Shown here piece after piece: positions 47,619 through 57,361 of a DNA stretch of 64,000 bases; positions within the stretch are counted from its first letter, which is position 1; every line of letters starts with the position of its first letter. Both the position numbers and the translations under genes were made by a program. Below the pieces are notes generated by a model. The model searched no databases and had not been told where the DNA came from. It saw nothing but the letters and a program-made list of their open reading frames with translations. Origin of the DNA: Gammaproteobacteria bacterium (lineage in GTDB: Bacteria > Pseudomonadota > Gammaproteobacteria > Ga0077536); contig CAXXLL010000003.1 of assembly GCA_963662545.2 (NCBI GenBank), positions 1,344,001 to 1,408,000 of the forward strand. The letters run 5' to 3'.

Positions 47619-49157
47619 CTAATCTGGGTCCTGATCGCGCTCAGCCTGCCGGGTTCTGACCCGCGCGACGGCCGCTTCTATCTCATCTTTCATGGTCTCG
47701 GCGTCCGGCGATTCATCGACGAGCTCGCTGCCGTCGGTCTCGCTCCCGTCTTTCATCCGTTTGAGCCGTGCTTGGCGGGATTCGTAATGCAGCCGCGCCT
47801 CGTCACTTTCCAGGCGGGCCCGCTCCAGGTTTTGTATTTCTGATTTCGCTTTGCGGTAATAGTCCACGAGCGGGATGTTGCTCGGACAGACGTAGGCACA
47901 ACAGCCACATTCGATGCAGGCGTTCAAATCGTATTCAGCCGCCCGTTCATAATCCCTGTCGCGCGCATAAGTGTATAGCTGCTGCGGAAGCAGCGCTGCC
48001 GGACAGACTTTTACACAGTCTCCGCAGCGGATGCACTCTTGCGCAGGGAGCGGCGGCAGCATCTCACCGCGACCCGCTGCAATGATGCAGTTGGTCGTCT
48101 TGAGCACAGGAAGCTCAGTCGACTGGAGTATGAATCCCATCATGGGTCCGCCGATGATGTGCTGCTCGGGTTCCTCGACATAGCCGCCGCATTGCTCGAT
48201 CAATCGTTCGATGGGCGAACCGATCATCACGTCGAGATTCCGCGGCTGCTTCACCGCGCTTCCGGTAATCGTCACGATGCGCGAAATAAGCGGCACGCCC
48301 CAGGCCATGGCCCGATATACCGCAACTGCGGTTCCGACGTTGTAGCAAGCAATGCCCAGATCCAGCGGCAGCCCCTGGGCGGGCACCTCGAGCCCCGTGA
48401 GCGACTTTATCAGCTGGCTCTCGCCACCGGCGGGATAGACGGCCGGCAGGGTTGCGATCGTAATACTGGTTTCGCCGATGTCGTCCAGCGCCTTGCGCAG
48501 CGCTTCGATGGCTTCCGGCATATTGTCCTCGATGCCGATGACGCACTCGACAGCGCCGACCGCGCGGCGGACGAGTTCCAGTCCGGCGACCACGTCCGGG
48601 GCGTACTCGCGCATCAGCGCTTCATCACAGGAGATATAAGGTTCGCACTCCGCCGCATTCAGGATCATCAAATGGACGCCATGGTGAATGCCGGGAAGCA
48701 TTTTTGCAGCGGAGGGAAAACCCGCCCCGCCCAGCCCGACAATTCCCGCTTCGAGCATCTTGTCGTGTATCTGGGTCGGTGACAGTGTGTAGGGATCGTC
48801 GCCGATACCTGCGTGCGGAACCCACTCGTCCAAGCCGTCGGTCTCGATCAGGATGCACGGCGCGTCCGCACCGGACGGGCTGGGAACGGGATGATTGCCG
48901 ATTTCGACGATGGTACCGGAACTGCTCGCATGGATGGACGCGCTGATGATGCCGTTGTCATTCGCGATCAGCTGGCCCTTGAGAACCCGCTCGCCCACGG
49001 CGACGACAGGTACCGCCGGCGCGCCCACGTGCTGGCGCAGCGGCAAGGTCAATAGCGGCGGGACCAGTACCTTCTCAATGGGCAACTTGAGTGATTGGGT
49101 TTTGTTCGGCGCGGATTTGATCCCACCACCGAAATGAATGGGGCTATCGAGCAGCAT
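47619..49157 (-). CDS. rsxC: Electron transport complex subunit RnfC/RsxC
   Basis: L.QH.GAP, HASSSG, AGIVGLGGAGFP, NAAECEPY, YPAGGE, GGPMMG, CIRCGDCVKVCP and CIECGCCAYVCPS.IPLV. Confidence 0.94.
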   Translation of the reverse strand: MLLDSPIHFGGGIKSAPNKTQSLKLPIEKVLVPPLLTLPLRQHVGAPAVPVVAVGERVLKGQLIANDNGIISASIHASSSGTIVEIGNHPVPSPSGADAPCILIETDGLDEWVPHAGIGDDPYTLSPTQIHDKMLEAGIVGLGGAGFPSAAKMLPGIHHGVHLMILNAAECEPYISCDEALMREYAPDVVAGLELVRRAVGAVECVIGIEDNMPEAIEALRKALDDIGETSITIATLPAVYPAGGESQLIKSLTGLEVPAQGLPLDLGIACYNVGTAVAVYRAMAWGVPLISRIVTITGSAVKQPRNLDVMIGSPIERLIEQCGGYVEEPEQHIIGGPMMGFILQSTELPVLKTTNCIIAAGRGEMLPPLPAQECIRCGDCVKVCPAALLPQQLYTYARDRDYERAAEYDLNACIECGCCAYVCPSNIPLVDYYRKAKSEIQNLERARLESDEARLHYESRQARLKRMKDGSETDGSELVDESPDAETMKDEIEAAVARVRTRQAERDQDPD

Positions 49158-49205
49158 GGATGCCCTAAATGAAATTCACCGGTAAGTTGGCGGTCAGCCC
49201 TGCTG

Positions 49206-49745
49206 TCACTTGTGGCAGGTCCAGCAGTCCCGCCCATGCTCCACTTCCCTCTCTGTGTGACAATCCACACACCAGGGCATCCTAAGCGTCGAAACCCGCG
49301 TCACGCGGTCCATGGTTTCGATCGGGCCATGACACTCCTGGCATGCGATACCCGCCTTGATGTGGCGCTTATGGGTGAAATGGACGAAGTCGGGCACGTC
49401 GTGGACCTTGATCCACGGGATCGGTTCACGATTCTCCCAATACTCAAAAACTTTCAGGATCTCGGGCTTGTCCGTCGCGATGACCTTATGACAGCCGATG
49501 CACTTGTTGACGCTCGGGACGCCCGCCGACGGTGTCTTGTCCGCGTACACATGACAGTGGAGACATTCGATCCCGTTCTCACTGACGTGAATGCGATGGC
49601 TGAAATTGATGGGTTGTATCGGGGCTCTGTCGGAGTAATACGTGGCGTTGACCCACCAGCCGACGAAGAATCCGATAATACCGACGATTCCGATCAGCGT
49701 CGGTTTTAAGAACGGTGCTAAAGCGTCCCGAACTGAAATAGACAT
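49206..49745 (-). CDS. actA: Membrane-anchored pentaheme cytochrome c3-family protein (ActA/QrcA-like)
   Basis: N-terminal transmembrane helix, P.QPINFSH..H, five CxxCH motifs (CLHCH, CIGCH, CQECH, CVDCH, CWTCH) and IPW.KVH..PDFVHF.H..H. Confidence 0.9.
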   Translation of the reverse strand: MSISVRDALAPFLKPTLIGIVGIIGFFVGWWVNATYYSDRAPIQPINFSHRIHVSENGIECLHCHVYADKTPSAGVPSVNKCIGCHKVIATDKPEILKVFEYWENREPIPWIKVHDVPDFVHFTHKRHIKAGIACQECHGPIETMDRVTRVSTLRMPWCVDCHTEREVEHGRDCWTCHK

Positions 49746-49800
49746 GGGAATTTTCTTCTCTGGAGTATTTGAATAGTTGCGATTTTTTTGTGGCTATTGA

Positions 49801-50187
49801 TCAACTCATGAGGTACAGCGAAGGTCCCTCGATCGTCTCGTCCTTTATTTGCACCATGGCCGGATACGTTCCGGCTCGTTGAAAAATCAGGTTTTGAAGC
49901 GGCAGGATAAGATGGGTTTTGGACGGCGGCCGCGTTGCGGGACGCGCTTCCACCTCGGAATGCCCGTCGATCGTGAATATCTCGGCGCCGTCGGGGTCCA
50001 GCAGGTCGATCTTGAACGGCTGCTTGCCGTGATCCTCGTGATCCCATTCGACGATGCCGGCGAGCATCAGGTGATCCTGGCGGGCCGGAAACGAGGGTGC
50101 GTAGAGTTCATTGTAGATACCGCGCAGATCGAGTTTGCCGTTGGCGACGGTTTCTGCGGACTCACAAAAAAATAAGGCGACGTTCAT
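49801..50187 (-). CDS. Hypothetical beta-sandwich protein (DUF6941-like)
   Basis: FCE.A....GKL...GI.N.L.A..FPA and L.F...GTY. Start placed at ATG 50187. Confidence 0.65.
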   Translation of the reverse strand: MNVALFFCESAETVANGKLDLRGIYNELYAPSFPARQDHLMLAGIVEWDHEDHGKQPFKIDLLDPDGAEIFTIDGHSEVEARPATRPPSKTHLILPLQNLIFQRAGTYPAMVQIKDETIEGPSLYLMS

Positions 50188-50429
50188 GATCTTGTGGCGG
50201 CGTGCCGCGCCAGGATGATACCGCACTCATAATTATTAGAAGCTATCTAGGTGAAAGCGTCCGTTGCATCCCCCGGCAACAGCGCATCTGAGGCCAATTG
50301 TACCGGAATAGCGCCGGAACTGGGACGTTCCACGGTTCCTCCAAACCGGCGCCGGCGGACCGCACCGCTCGCCGCTTGCCGCCAGTTAACAGCGCCTCGC
50401 GCCCATCTTCGGTCTGGATCGCAACCGCT

Positions 50430-51248
50430 TCAGTCCTCGTGCGCGATGCGCTTGATGATATAGCCGCCGGACCGTTCGTCGAGTTCCAGATCGAGCCGGC
50501 CTCTGGCCTGTGCTTCTTCCAGTAACTTGTTGAAGGAGCGAACGCCGTAGGCACTTTCAGTGAATTCCGGACGACGCCTTTTCAAAGCCTGTTTGATCAT
50601 CGAACCCCATAGGGTTTCCTTGCCGCCGCGTTCATTTTGCAGGGCATCGGCGGTTTCGATTACAAGATCGATGACCGCCTCCAGCGGATCGTCCTTTTTC
50701 GGGGTGGCCTTACCGGGCGTCGATTTCTTCCTGACCGGGGCTCGTCGATGGGCCTTTCTCGCCATTTCTTCCTGGCGAACGAGATCGTCGTAGAAAATGA
50801 ACTCGTCGCAATTACTAATCAGTAGATCCGAGGTGGAACTTTTCACCCCCACGCCGATAACTGTTTTCGCATTTTCGCGAAGTTTGCTCACCAGCGGTGA
50901 AAAATCCGAATCGCCGCTGATGATCACAAATGTATCGACGTGCGATTTTGTATAACAAAGATCCAGCGCATCGACCACCATCCGGATGTCGGCGGAATTC
51001 TTGCCGGACTGCCGCACGTGCGGAATCTCGATCAGTTCAAACGCCGCTTCGTGCATCTGGGCGCGAAAAGTCTTGTACCGATCCCAGTCGCAATAGGCCT
51101 TCTTGACGACGATGCTGCCTTTCACCAGGAGGCGTTCCAGCACCGGCTTGATATCGAATTTCGCGTATTCCGCGTCGCGCACACCGAGCGCGATATTCTC
51201 GAAATCACAGAATAAGGCGAGATTCTGATTGTCGCTTTCACCTGCCAT
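50430..51248 (-). CDS. NYN domain (LabA/DUF88) protein with C-terminal OST-HTH
   Basis: ALFCDFEN, GKNSADIRMVVDA, SGDSDFSPL, CDEFIFYD and P.F.E..YG..SF..LLE. Confidence 0.92.
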   Translation of the reverse strand: MAGESDNQNLALFCDFENIALGVRDAEYAKFDIKPVLERLLVKGSIVVKKAYCDWDRYKTFRAQMHEAAFELIEIPHVRQSGKNSADIRMVVDALDLCYTKSHVDTFVIISGDSDFSPLVSKLRENAKTVIGVGVKSSTSDLLISNCDEFIFYDDLVRQEEMARKAHRRAPVRKKSTPGKATPKKDDPLEAVIDLVIETADALQNERGGKETLWGSMIKQALKRRRPEFTESAYGVRSFNKLLEEAQARGRLDLELDERSGGYIIKRIAHED

Positions 51249-51535
51249 CGGTAGTGCTCCTCGTTCTTGCACCGGCGCACGAAGTGCCGGACGCAGCATC
51301 GTTCACCCCGCGTGTTTTCACTTCGCAATCAACACGGGATGTCGTCGAGAGTATAAAGGTTCGGGCTGACTATGCGGCCAGTTTCGATCGCGTCGACGTC
51401 GCCTGGCGGACCACGGCGTCGAATTTTGGGGAAAGTTTCAATGCCAATACCCACCAGGATTTGATATAAGCTGGTGCGAGTCCGGGCCGCCGCTGGGGGG
51501 CAGCAGCCACTAGCAGCACCGAAGGTTGACCGTCG

Positions 51536-51895
51536 ATGGAGCACCACAGGATAGTACTGCCCGAGTACCTCAACGATCAGGGAAATCTGTTCGGCGGCTA
51601 CCTGTTGAAGTGGATCGACGAATTCGCCTACATCACGGTGAACATCGAGTTTCCGAATCACCAGTTCGTAACCATTGCGATGGACAACGTCGAATTCAAG
51701 CACCCGATCAAATGTGGACAGATACTGCGTTTCTTAGTCGAGCAGTCCCGATTGGGAACCAGCTCCGTCGAATACGACGTAGGCGTCTATGGCGAGCGAC
51801 GTATCGCTGAGCACGACAAGCTTTTATTCGCGACGCGAATCTCGTTCGTGAACATTGCCGAATCCGGAGAGAACGCACCCATTCGGGCGGATTGA
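51536..51895 (+). CDS. YciA-like acyl-CoA thioesterase (hotdog fold)
   Basis: VLPEYLN..GNLFGG.LLKWIDE.A, VT..MD.V.FK.P and G.SSV. Confidence 0.9.
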   Translation: MEHHRIVLPEYLNDQGNLFGGYLLKWIDEFAYITVNIEFPNHQFVTIAMDNVEFKHPIKCGQILRFLVEQSRLGTSSVEYDVGVYGERRIAEHDKLLFATRISFVNIAESGENAPIRAD

Positions 51896-52058
51896 ACGGC
51901 CAGCCCGCTTAGAAACACGGTTAACCGAGTCAGCATATCGGCGCGACGAGGTCGAACCAAGCCCTCGTTGCTACTCATCATGCGGCTCAAGTGAATCGAT
52001 TTTCGGGCCGACATCCTCGCATGTTCTGCGCACCCGCCGATCCATCGTTTGTCCGGCA

Positions 52059-53432
52059 ATGAACAGCTCGGCCGCGGCGGATCAAATACCGGTTCCAACC
52101 GGGGCGATTCAAACCGCCGTACCCGTCCTCGGTCATACCGTCGAACGTCTGGAAAATCTCAGATACCGGCCGTCGACTTCGATGGCGCACCTAATCCAAC
52201 TTGCCGAATCGGATCCCTCGCTGACGCTCAACCTATTTCTCACCGCCAACGAGCATCTCCAACCGGCGAATCGCCCACCGGCCGCACTGATCCAGCATGC
52301 CATCCTGGTACTTGGCGTCGCGGCGTTCAACAAGCGTTTCACAGCGCTGCCGCGACTCGAAGCGTTCAGCGAGGGCGATGAAACCCAAGTCTTGGTCGAG
52401 ATTCTTGCACGCGGCCACCACGCCGCCCGTCAGGCGCGGGCGCTGGCGGAACTTGCACCGTCAATCAGCAACGGTGAAGTCATGGCGGCCACTCTGGCCG
52501 AGCACGCGACCGAATATCTGAACGTCCTCGGGGAGCGGTCCATTCGGGGTTTCGCGCGTCCCGATCATGATCGCGTATTGGCATTGCTACCGCCGCTGGT
52601 GCGGGTCGACGGTGCCGAATCGACGGCCCGTAAATGCATGGCTTACGGCGCCCGCGTGGCGCATGCGGTTTCCGAGTGCTGGGACGAGGAGCGTTTGGCG
52701 CCGCTCTACGAGGACATCGCGGCCTGGTTTGCACGCGAACCCGCTACGATCGAACGGATCATCAAGCGGACGGCCGTCATCACCGCGCGTGAAGCGATGC
52801 ATTTTCACCGCCGTCCCGCCGCCATACACCTGATGTCATCGGGACCCCCACCGCACGCGGCCAAGCCCTCGATCAAGCTGGCGCATCCGGTAAAAAAACC
52901 ACGTGCCCACGGTGCCCGCGTCGAAGAGGTCTTAAATAAGCTTGCCGTCGCAATCAAATGCAGCCGCTCGAGCAGGGAGGTGCTAAGCCTCGCGTTGCAG
53001 TCGATCTGCCGTTGTACGGGTTACCGGCTGGGAGCCCTGTTGGTCCGCGACAAACGCACGGGCGCCCTCGTGTTGCCTATCAACGAAGGCGCCGGGCTCC
53101 CCGCAGCCTATGTCGATATGCGGCTCTCGCCGGCCGACAATCCCCTGCTCGCTAAGCTACTGCGTAAAGAGGCTGCGCTCGAATTGGATGGCGCCGCGGA
53201 TCCGCGGTTTGCCGGTATGCTCGAAGCAAAGCTCACACGACTGATCGGAAGCCACAAGGCTTGCCTGTACTCGGTATTTGTCGGCAACAAGGCGCTCGGT
53301 ATCGTGATGGCCTGCCGGCGTTCCGAGAAGATTCAGTCGTACGACACGAGCTTTGCAACATTCAAACAGATCTGCCGTATGACGGGACGAGTGCTGGAGG
53401 ACCTTCGCCAGTCGTCGCGGGCGTCGGCTTAG
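52059..53432 (+). CDS. Degenerate HDOD plus GAF-like domain protein
   Basis: PVL..T...L, ESDP.L.L.L...AN and IQHAI.VLG, with C-terminal GAF-like SVFVGNKALGIVMA. Start is uncertain. Confidence 0.65.
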   Translation: MNSSAAADQIPVPTGAIQTAVPVLGHTVERLENLRYRPSTSMAHLIQLAESDPSLTLNLFLTANEHLQPANRPPAALIQHAILVLGVAAFNKRFTALPRLEAFSEGDETQVLVEILARGHHAARQARALAELAPSISNGEVMAATLAEHATEYLNVLGERSIRGFARPDHDRVLALLPPLVRVDGAESTARKCMAYGARVAHAVSECWDEERLAPLYEDIAAWFAREPATIERIIKRTAVITAREAMHFHRRPAAIHLMSSGPPPHAAKPSIKLAHPVKKPRAHGARVEEVLNKLAVAIKCSRSSREVLSLALQSICRCTGYRLGALLVRDKRTGALVLPINEGAGLPAAYVDMRLSPADNPLLAKLLRKEAALELDGAADPRFAGMLEAKLTRLIGSHKACLYSVFVGNKALGIVMACRRSEKIQSYDTSFATFKQICRMTGRVLEDLRQSSRASA

Positions 53433-53571
53433 TGCCGTCGGGCAAGGTCGGATCGCTAGAGGTGTCCCGCTCCACGAGCCGCGGGCTCCGAATCGATTCT
53501 CACTATGTGGATCCGTGCGCCGGGCGTTCGTTGTAGACTAATCCGCTGCCGCCATTGCATGGGGGGGTGCA

Positions 53572-54444
53572 ATGTATCCGGAGCCGATCGAGAATTTCTA
53601 CGCGCCAACGGCCTTGTCGGAAGCACTCGACCTGCTCGCTAAACACTCGAACGAAGCGAGACTCATTGCCGGCGGCCAGAGCCTGGTACCGCAGATGAGA
53701 GCGCGCGAGGTAAAGCCCCGGACCTTGATCGACCTCAACCGGATCACGGATTTCACCGCGATCGAAATCAACGGGGACCGGCTGCGCATCGGCGCTCTCG
53801 TGAGACATCGCGCAGTGGCGTCGGATGCTTCCCTTCACGCAAACTGCGCGGCCTTCGCGGAAGCCGCCCGTGCGATCGGCGATCGGCAGATTCGAAACCG
53901 GGGCACCCTCGTCGGCAATATCGTCAATGCCGATCACACAGCCGACATGCTGGGCCCTGCCATCGCTTTCGATGCCCGGCTCGGGATCGTGGGCGGCGCC
54001 AGCGGAATGCGCTCGGCAGCGGTAGAGTCCTTTGTGACCGGGCCGCGCGCATGCGGATTGGCCGCCGATGAAATCGTTTCGTTCATTGATATTCCCCTGT
54101 CCCGACACCGCACCGGCAGCTGCTATTTGAAACACGGGCGGGTGGCCCAGGACCGTGCAACACTCGGCGTGGCGGCGCGCATCATAATCGACGCCAACGG
54201 CGGGTGCATAGACGCCCGCGTGGTCGTGACCGGAGTCCTGCCCAAACCCGTTCGCCTCGGTGAATTGGAGGCTGCGCTTCTCGGCAAGACCGCCGGCCGG
54301 ATGGACCTCATCAACCCCAGCGACCTTACTGCTAGTCACGTGGCAACGCAAAGCGACGAGCTCGCGTCGTCCGCCTATCGCACGCAGTTGCTCCGGGTCA
54401 TGACGCCGGACGCCATCGCGTACGCCTTTCGGCGAGCGGGGTAA
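53572..54444 (+). CDS. Xanthine oxidase-family FAD-binding medium subunit (CoxM-like)
   Basis: IAGGQSLVP, LRIGALV.H, IGDRQIRNRGT.VGN and L..DEI. Confidence 0.92.
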   Translation: MYPEPIENFYAPTALSEALDLLAKHSNEARLIAGGQSLVPQMRAREVKPRTLIDLNRITDFTAIEINGDRLRIGALVRHRAVASDASLHANCAAFAEAARAIGDRQIRNRGTLVGNIVNADHTADMLGPAIAFDARLGIVGGASGMRSAAVESFVTGPRACGLAADEIVSFIDIPLSRHRTGSCYLKHGRVAQDRATLGVAARIIIDANGGCIDARVVVTGVLPKPVRLGELEAALLGKTAGRMDLINPSDLTASHVATQSDELASSAYRTQLLRVMTPDAIAYAFRRAG

Positions 54445-54448
54445 GGGC

Positions 54449-54961
54449 GTGAAACGCGAGATCGGCATCACCATCAACGGAGAAAGAATCGAGGCATTCG
54501 TCGAGCACCGCCTGTTACTCGTCGATTTCATACGAGAGGTCGCCGGCGCCACCGGTACGCATGTCGGCTGCGGATTCGAGGGTCGCTGCGGAGCGTGCAC
54601 CGTGCTCGTCGACGGCGCGGCGTGCAAGTCCTGCCTCATGTTCGCCGTACAGGCCGAGGGCACCGACATCACGACGATAGAAGGCCTCGCACGGGGCGAT
54701 ACCCTGCATCCCCTGCAGCAGGCTTTCACGGACCGCCATGGTTTGCAGTGCGGGTATTGCACGCCAGGTTTTCTTATAACGCTATACGACTATCTAAAGG
54801 ATCCCGAATGTGATGCATCGGCGGAGGGTATCCGCGAAGCGATCGGCGGCGTGCTGTGCCGCTGCACCGGATACGTTCACATCATCGAGGCGGCGCAGCA
54901 GGCGATCGAGGTGCTCGCGCAAATGGACGGCGCCGAACGGGCAAAGTGGTTTCCTAAATAG
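54449..54961 (+). CDS. Xanthine oxidase-family 2Fe-2S small subunit (CoxS-like)
   Basis: GTHVGC...G.CGACTV, KSC, LQCGYCTPGF and LCRCTGY. Confidence 0.95.
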   Translation: MKREIGITINGERIEAFVEHRLLLVDFIREVAGATGTHVGCGFEGRCGACTVLVDGAACKSCLMFAVQAEGTDITTIEGLARGDTLHPLQQAFTDRHGLQCGYCTPGFLITLYDYLKDPECDASAEGIREAIGGVLCRCTGYVHIIEAAQQAIEVLAQMDGAERAKWFPK

Positions 54962-54964
54962 GCA

Positions 54965-57328
54965 ATGAATACGCAAGAACAGACTTGGGTCGGCCGCTCG
55001 ATCAGGCGCAAGGAAGATCATCGGCTGCTGATCGGCGACGGCCGTTACGTCGCCGACATGACGCTCCCGCGTATGCTCATCGCTGCATTCGTGCGCAGCC
55101 CACACGCGAATGCCCGGATCATCCACATCGATGCATCCCGGGCGCTGACCATGGCGGGGATCACCGAGGTCAAAACCGGTAAAGACCTCGAGCACCTAGG
55201 ACCTGTACTGAGCGATCTTTCGATTCCGCGTCTTCCGGGGGAGACCAAGCGTCCCGTTTTCTGGCCACTCCCGGTGAATGAGGTGACCTACGTGGGCGAT
55301 TTGGTGGCGGTCGTTATCGGTCGGGACAAGTATGTCGTCGAAGACGCCGTCCATGCCGTTGCGGTGGAATACGACGTTCGTGAGGCGGTCCTCGATCCGG
55401 AAATCGCGCTGCTGCCCGATTCACCGCGCGTATATTCAGATTGGGACGATAACGTCGTTTATCACCAACATTTTTCGGGCGGCGACATCGAGCAGGCCTT
55501 CGCTAGCGCCGACCTCGTCGTGTCCCAGAGATTCCGCAGCGCACGCAGCGGGGCTTCGCCGATGGAGCCGCGCGCATCCATTGCCGAGTACAGCGCCGCC
55601 GAAGGTTTGACGGTGTGGCTCACGACGCAGCGCTCCCACATCAAACGTCACCTGCTGGCCGAATACTTCAAGATTCCCGACAGCAAGATCCGGGTGATTG
55701 CGCCCAAGGACGTCGGCGGGGGCTTCGGCGTAAAGGCGCCACTCTACCGCGAAGACATTGTGCTGTGTCATCTATCGATGTGCCTCAAGCGACCCGTAAA
55801 GTGGGTCGAGAACCGCCAGGAAAATCTGGTCAACATCGGCCAGGAACGCGATCAGATCCACGACATCGAGCTGGCGCTGAGGAAGGACGGCAAGATCCTC
55901 GGCATCCGTGATCGCATGGTGGCCGATTGCGGTTCGGCCCAGGTACCGATCTACGTCTCCTTTTCCATGCCGTGGCTGGGCGCGATGTACCTGACCAATG
56001 GTTACGACATCCCCAACATCGACATCGATCTCTACTGCGTGGTCACCCACAAGCCCGGGCTTACCCCGAGCCGATCCTTCGGATCGTTCACCTGCCGCTT
56101 CGCGATCGATCGCATCGTCGATATCGCCGCGCGACGCTTGAAGATCGATCCGGTGGAGATCCGTCGGAAGAACGCGATTAAGAAATACCCGCATACCCTT
56201 GCCACCGGCGTCCATTGCGATTCCGGTGATTTCCCCGGAGCCCTGGACAAAGCCTGCCACGCGATCGACTACGAACGCTTTCGCAAAGAACAACAGGCCG
56301 CGCGCGGCGAGGGCCGCTATCTAGGCATCGGGTTCAGTCTCGGCATCGAGTTCTCCGGCTTATCGTCGCAGATCCTGGTGCCGATGGAGCGGCAGCCCGG
56401 ATTCGGTGTCGCCACGGTGCGATTCGACGCCAACGGCAACGTGCAGGTCGCTCACGGCGACCAGCCGCAAGGCCAGGGTCATGACACAACCATCGCACAG
56501 GTCGTCGCCGATGAGCTCGGACTGACGCCGGACGACATCTACGTCATTTCCGGTGATACGCAGTCCGCTCCATTTGCAGCCGGAACCCTGGCGTCACGAA
56601 TGGGCGGCTATACCTTGAGCGCGGCGGTGCTGGCGGCACGCGGCCTCAGGCCCAAGCTGGCCGCGATAGCAGCGCATCATCTAGGTATTTCGGCCGGTGA
56701 GGACGAATTCGTTTTCCGTGATGGTGAGGTGATGCTGGCGGCTGATCCAACGCAGCGTGTCGCCGTCGCCCGCATCGCGGAAACGGCGATGCTTGCGCCG
56801 ACGGAGCTACCGCCCGGCATGGACGGCGGACTCGAGAACACCGCGCACTTCGAGGCCGACACGACCGGTATGCACAGCACCAACGTCCACGTCGTCACCG
56901 TCGAGGTATTTCCGAACACGGGGGACTGCCAAATCCTGCGCTACATCGCCGTCGATGACTGCGGCCGTCCCGTCAATCCAACCATGGTACGCGGCCAGAT
57001 CCATGGCGGGGTCGCACTCGGCATCGGCAACGCCTGTCAGGAGGAGTTCGTCTACGACGAAGCGGGAAACCCACTGGTGACCACCTTGACCGATTACCTG
57101 ATGGTGTCCGCACGCGACCTGCCGCATATCGAGGTGATCAATCACGACAACCCGTCGCCGCATACGCCACTGGGAACGAAAGGCAAGGGCGAAGGTCCGA
57201 CGGGCATGGTGCCCGGCGCTCTCGGCAACGCCATTGAGGATGCGCTCAGTCCTTTCGGCGTCACGATTGCGGAACTTCCCATGACTAAAGAACGGATCTG
57301 GACGCTCATCGATGAAGCGTCGCGCTGA
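54965..57328 (+). CDS. Xanthine oxidase-family molybdopterin large subunit
   Basis: RKED.RLL.G.G.Y, DVGGGFGVK, active-site loop PSRSFG, QGQGH.T, GQIHGG and GTKGKGEG. Confidence 0.92.
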   Translation: MNTQEQTWVGRSIRRKEDHRLLIGDGRYVADMTLPRMLIAAFVRSPHANARIIHIDASRALTMAGITEVKTGKDLEHLGPVLSDLSIPRLPGETKRPVFWPLPVNEVTYVGDLVAVVIGRDKYVVEDAVHAVAVEYDVREAVLDPEIALLPDSPRVYSDWDDNVVYHQHFSGGDIEQAFASADLVVSQRFRSARSGASPMEPRASIAEYSAAEGLTVWLTTQRSHIKRHLLAEYFKIPDSKIRVIAPKDVGGGFGVKAPLYREDIVLCHLSMCLKRPVKWVENRQENLVNIGQERDQIHDIELALRKDGKILGIRDRMVADCGSAQVPIYVSFSMPWLGAMYLTNGYDIPNIDIDLYCVVTHKPGLTPSRSFGSFTCRFAIDRIVDIAARRLKIDPVEIRRKNAIKKYPHTLATGVHCDSGDFPGALDKACHAIDYERFRKEQQAARGEGRYLGIGFSLGIEFSGLSSQILVPMERQPGFGVATVRFDANGNVQVAHGDQPQGQGHDTTIAQVVADELGLTPDDIYVISGDTQSAPFAAGTLASRMGGYTLSAAVLAARGLRPKLAAIAAHHLGISAGEDEFVFRDGEVMLAADPTQRVAVARIAETAMLAPTELPPGMDGGLENTAHFEADTTGMHSTNVHVVTVEVFPNTGDCQILRYIAVDDCGRPVNPTMVRGQIHGGVALGIGNACQEEFVYDEAGNPLVTTLTDYLMVSARDLPHIEVINHDNPSPHTPLGTKGKGEGPTGMVPGALGNAIEDALSPFGVTIAELPMTKERIWTLIDEASR

Positions 57329-57361
57329 TTCGTTGAATTAAACGTAGAAACGGAGGGCACT

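Noticed and set aside
53503-54762. 419-aa minus-strand ORF
   Set aside because: Antisense shadow of the well-supported coxM/coxS-like genes, with no recognisable motifs.
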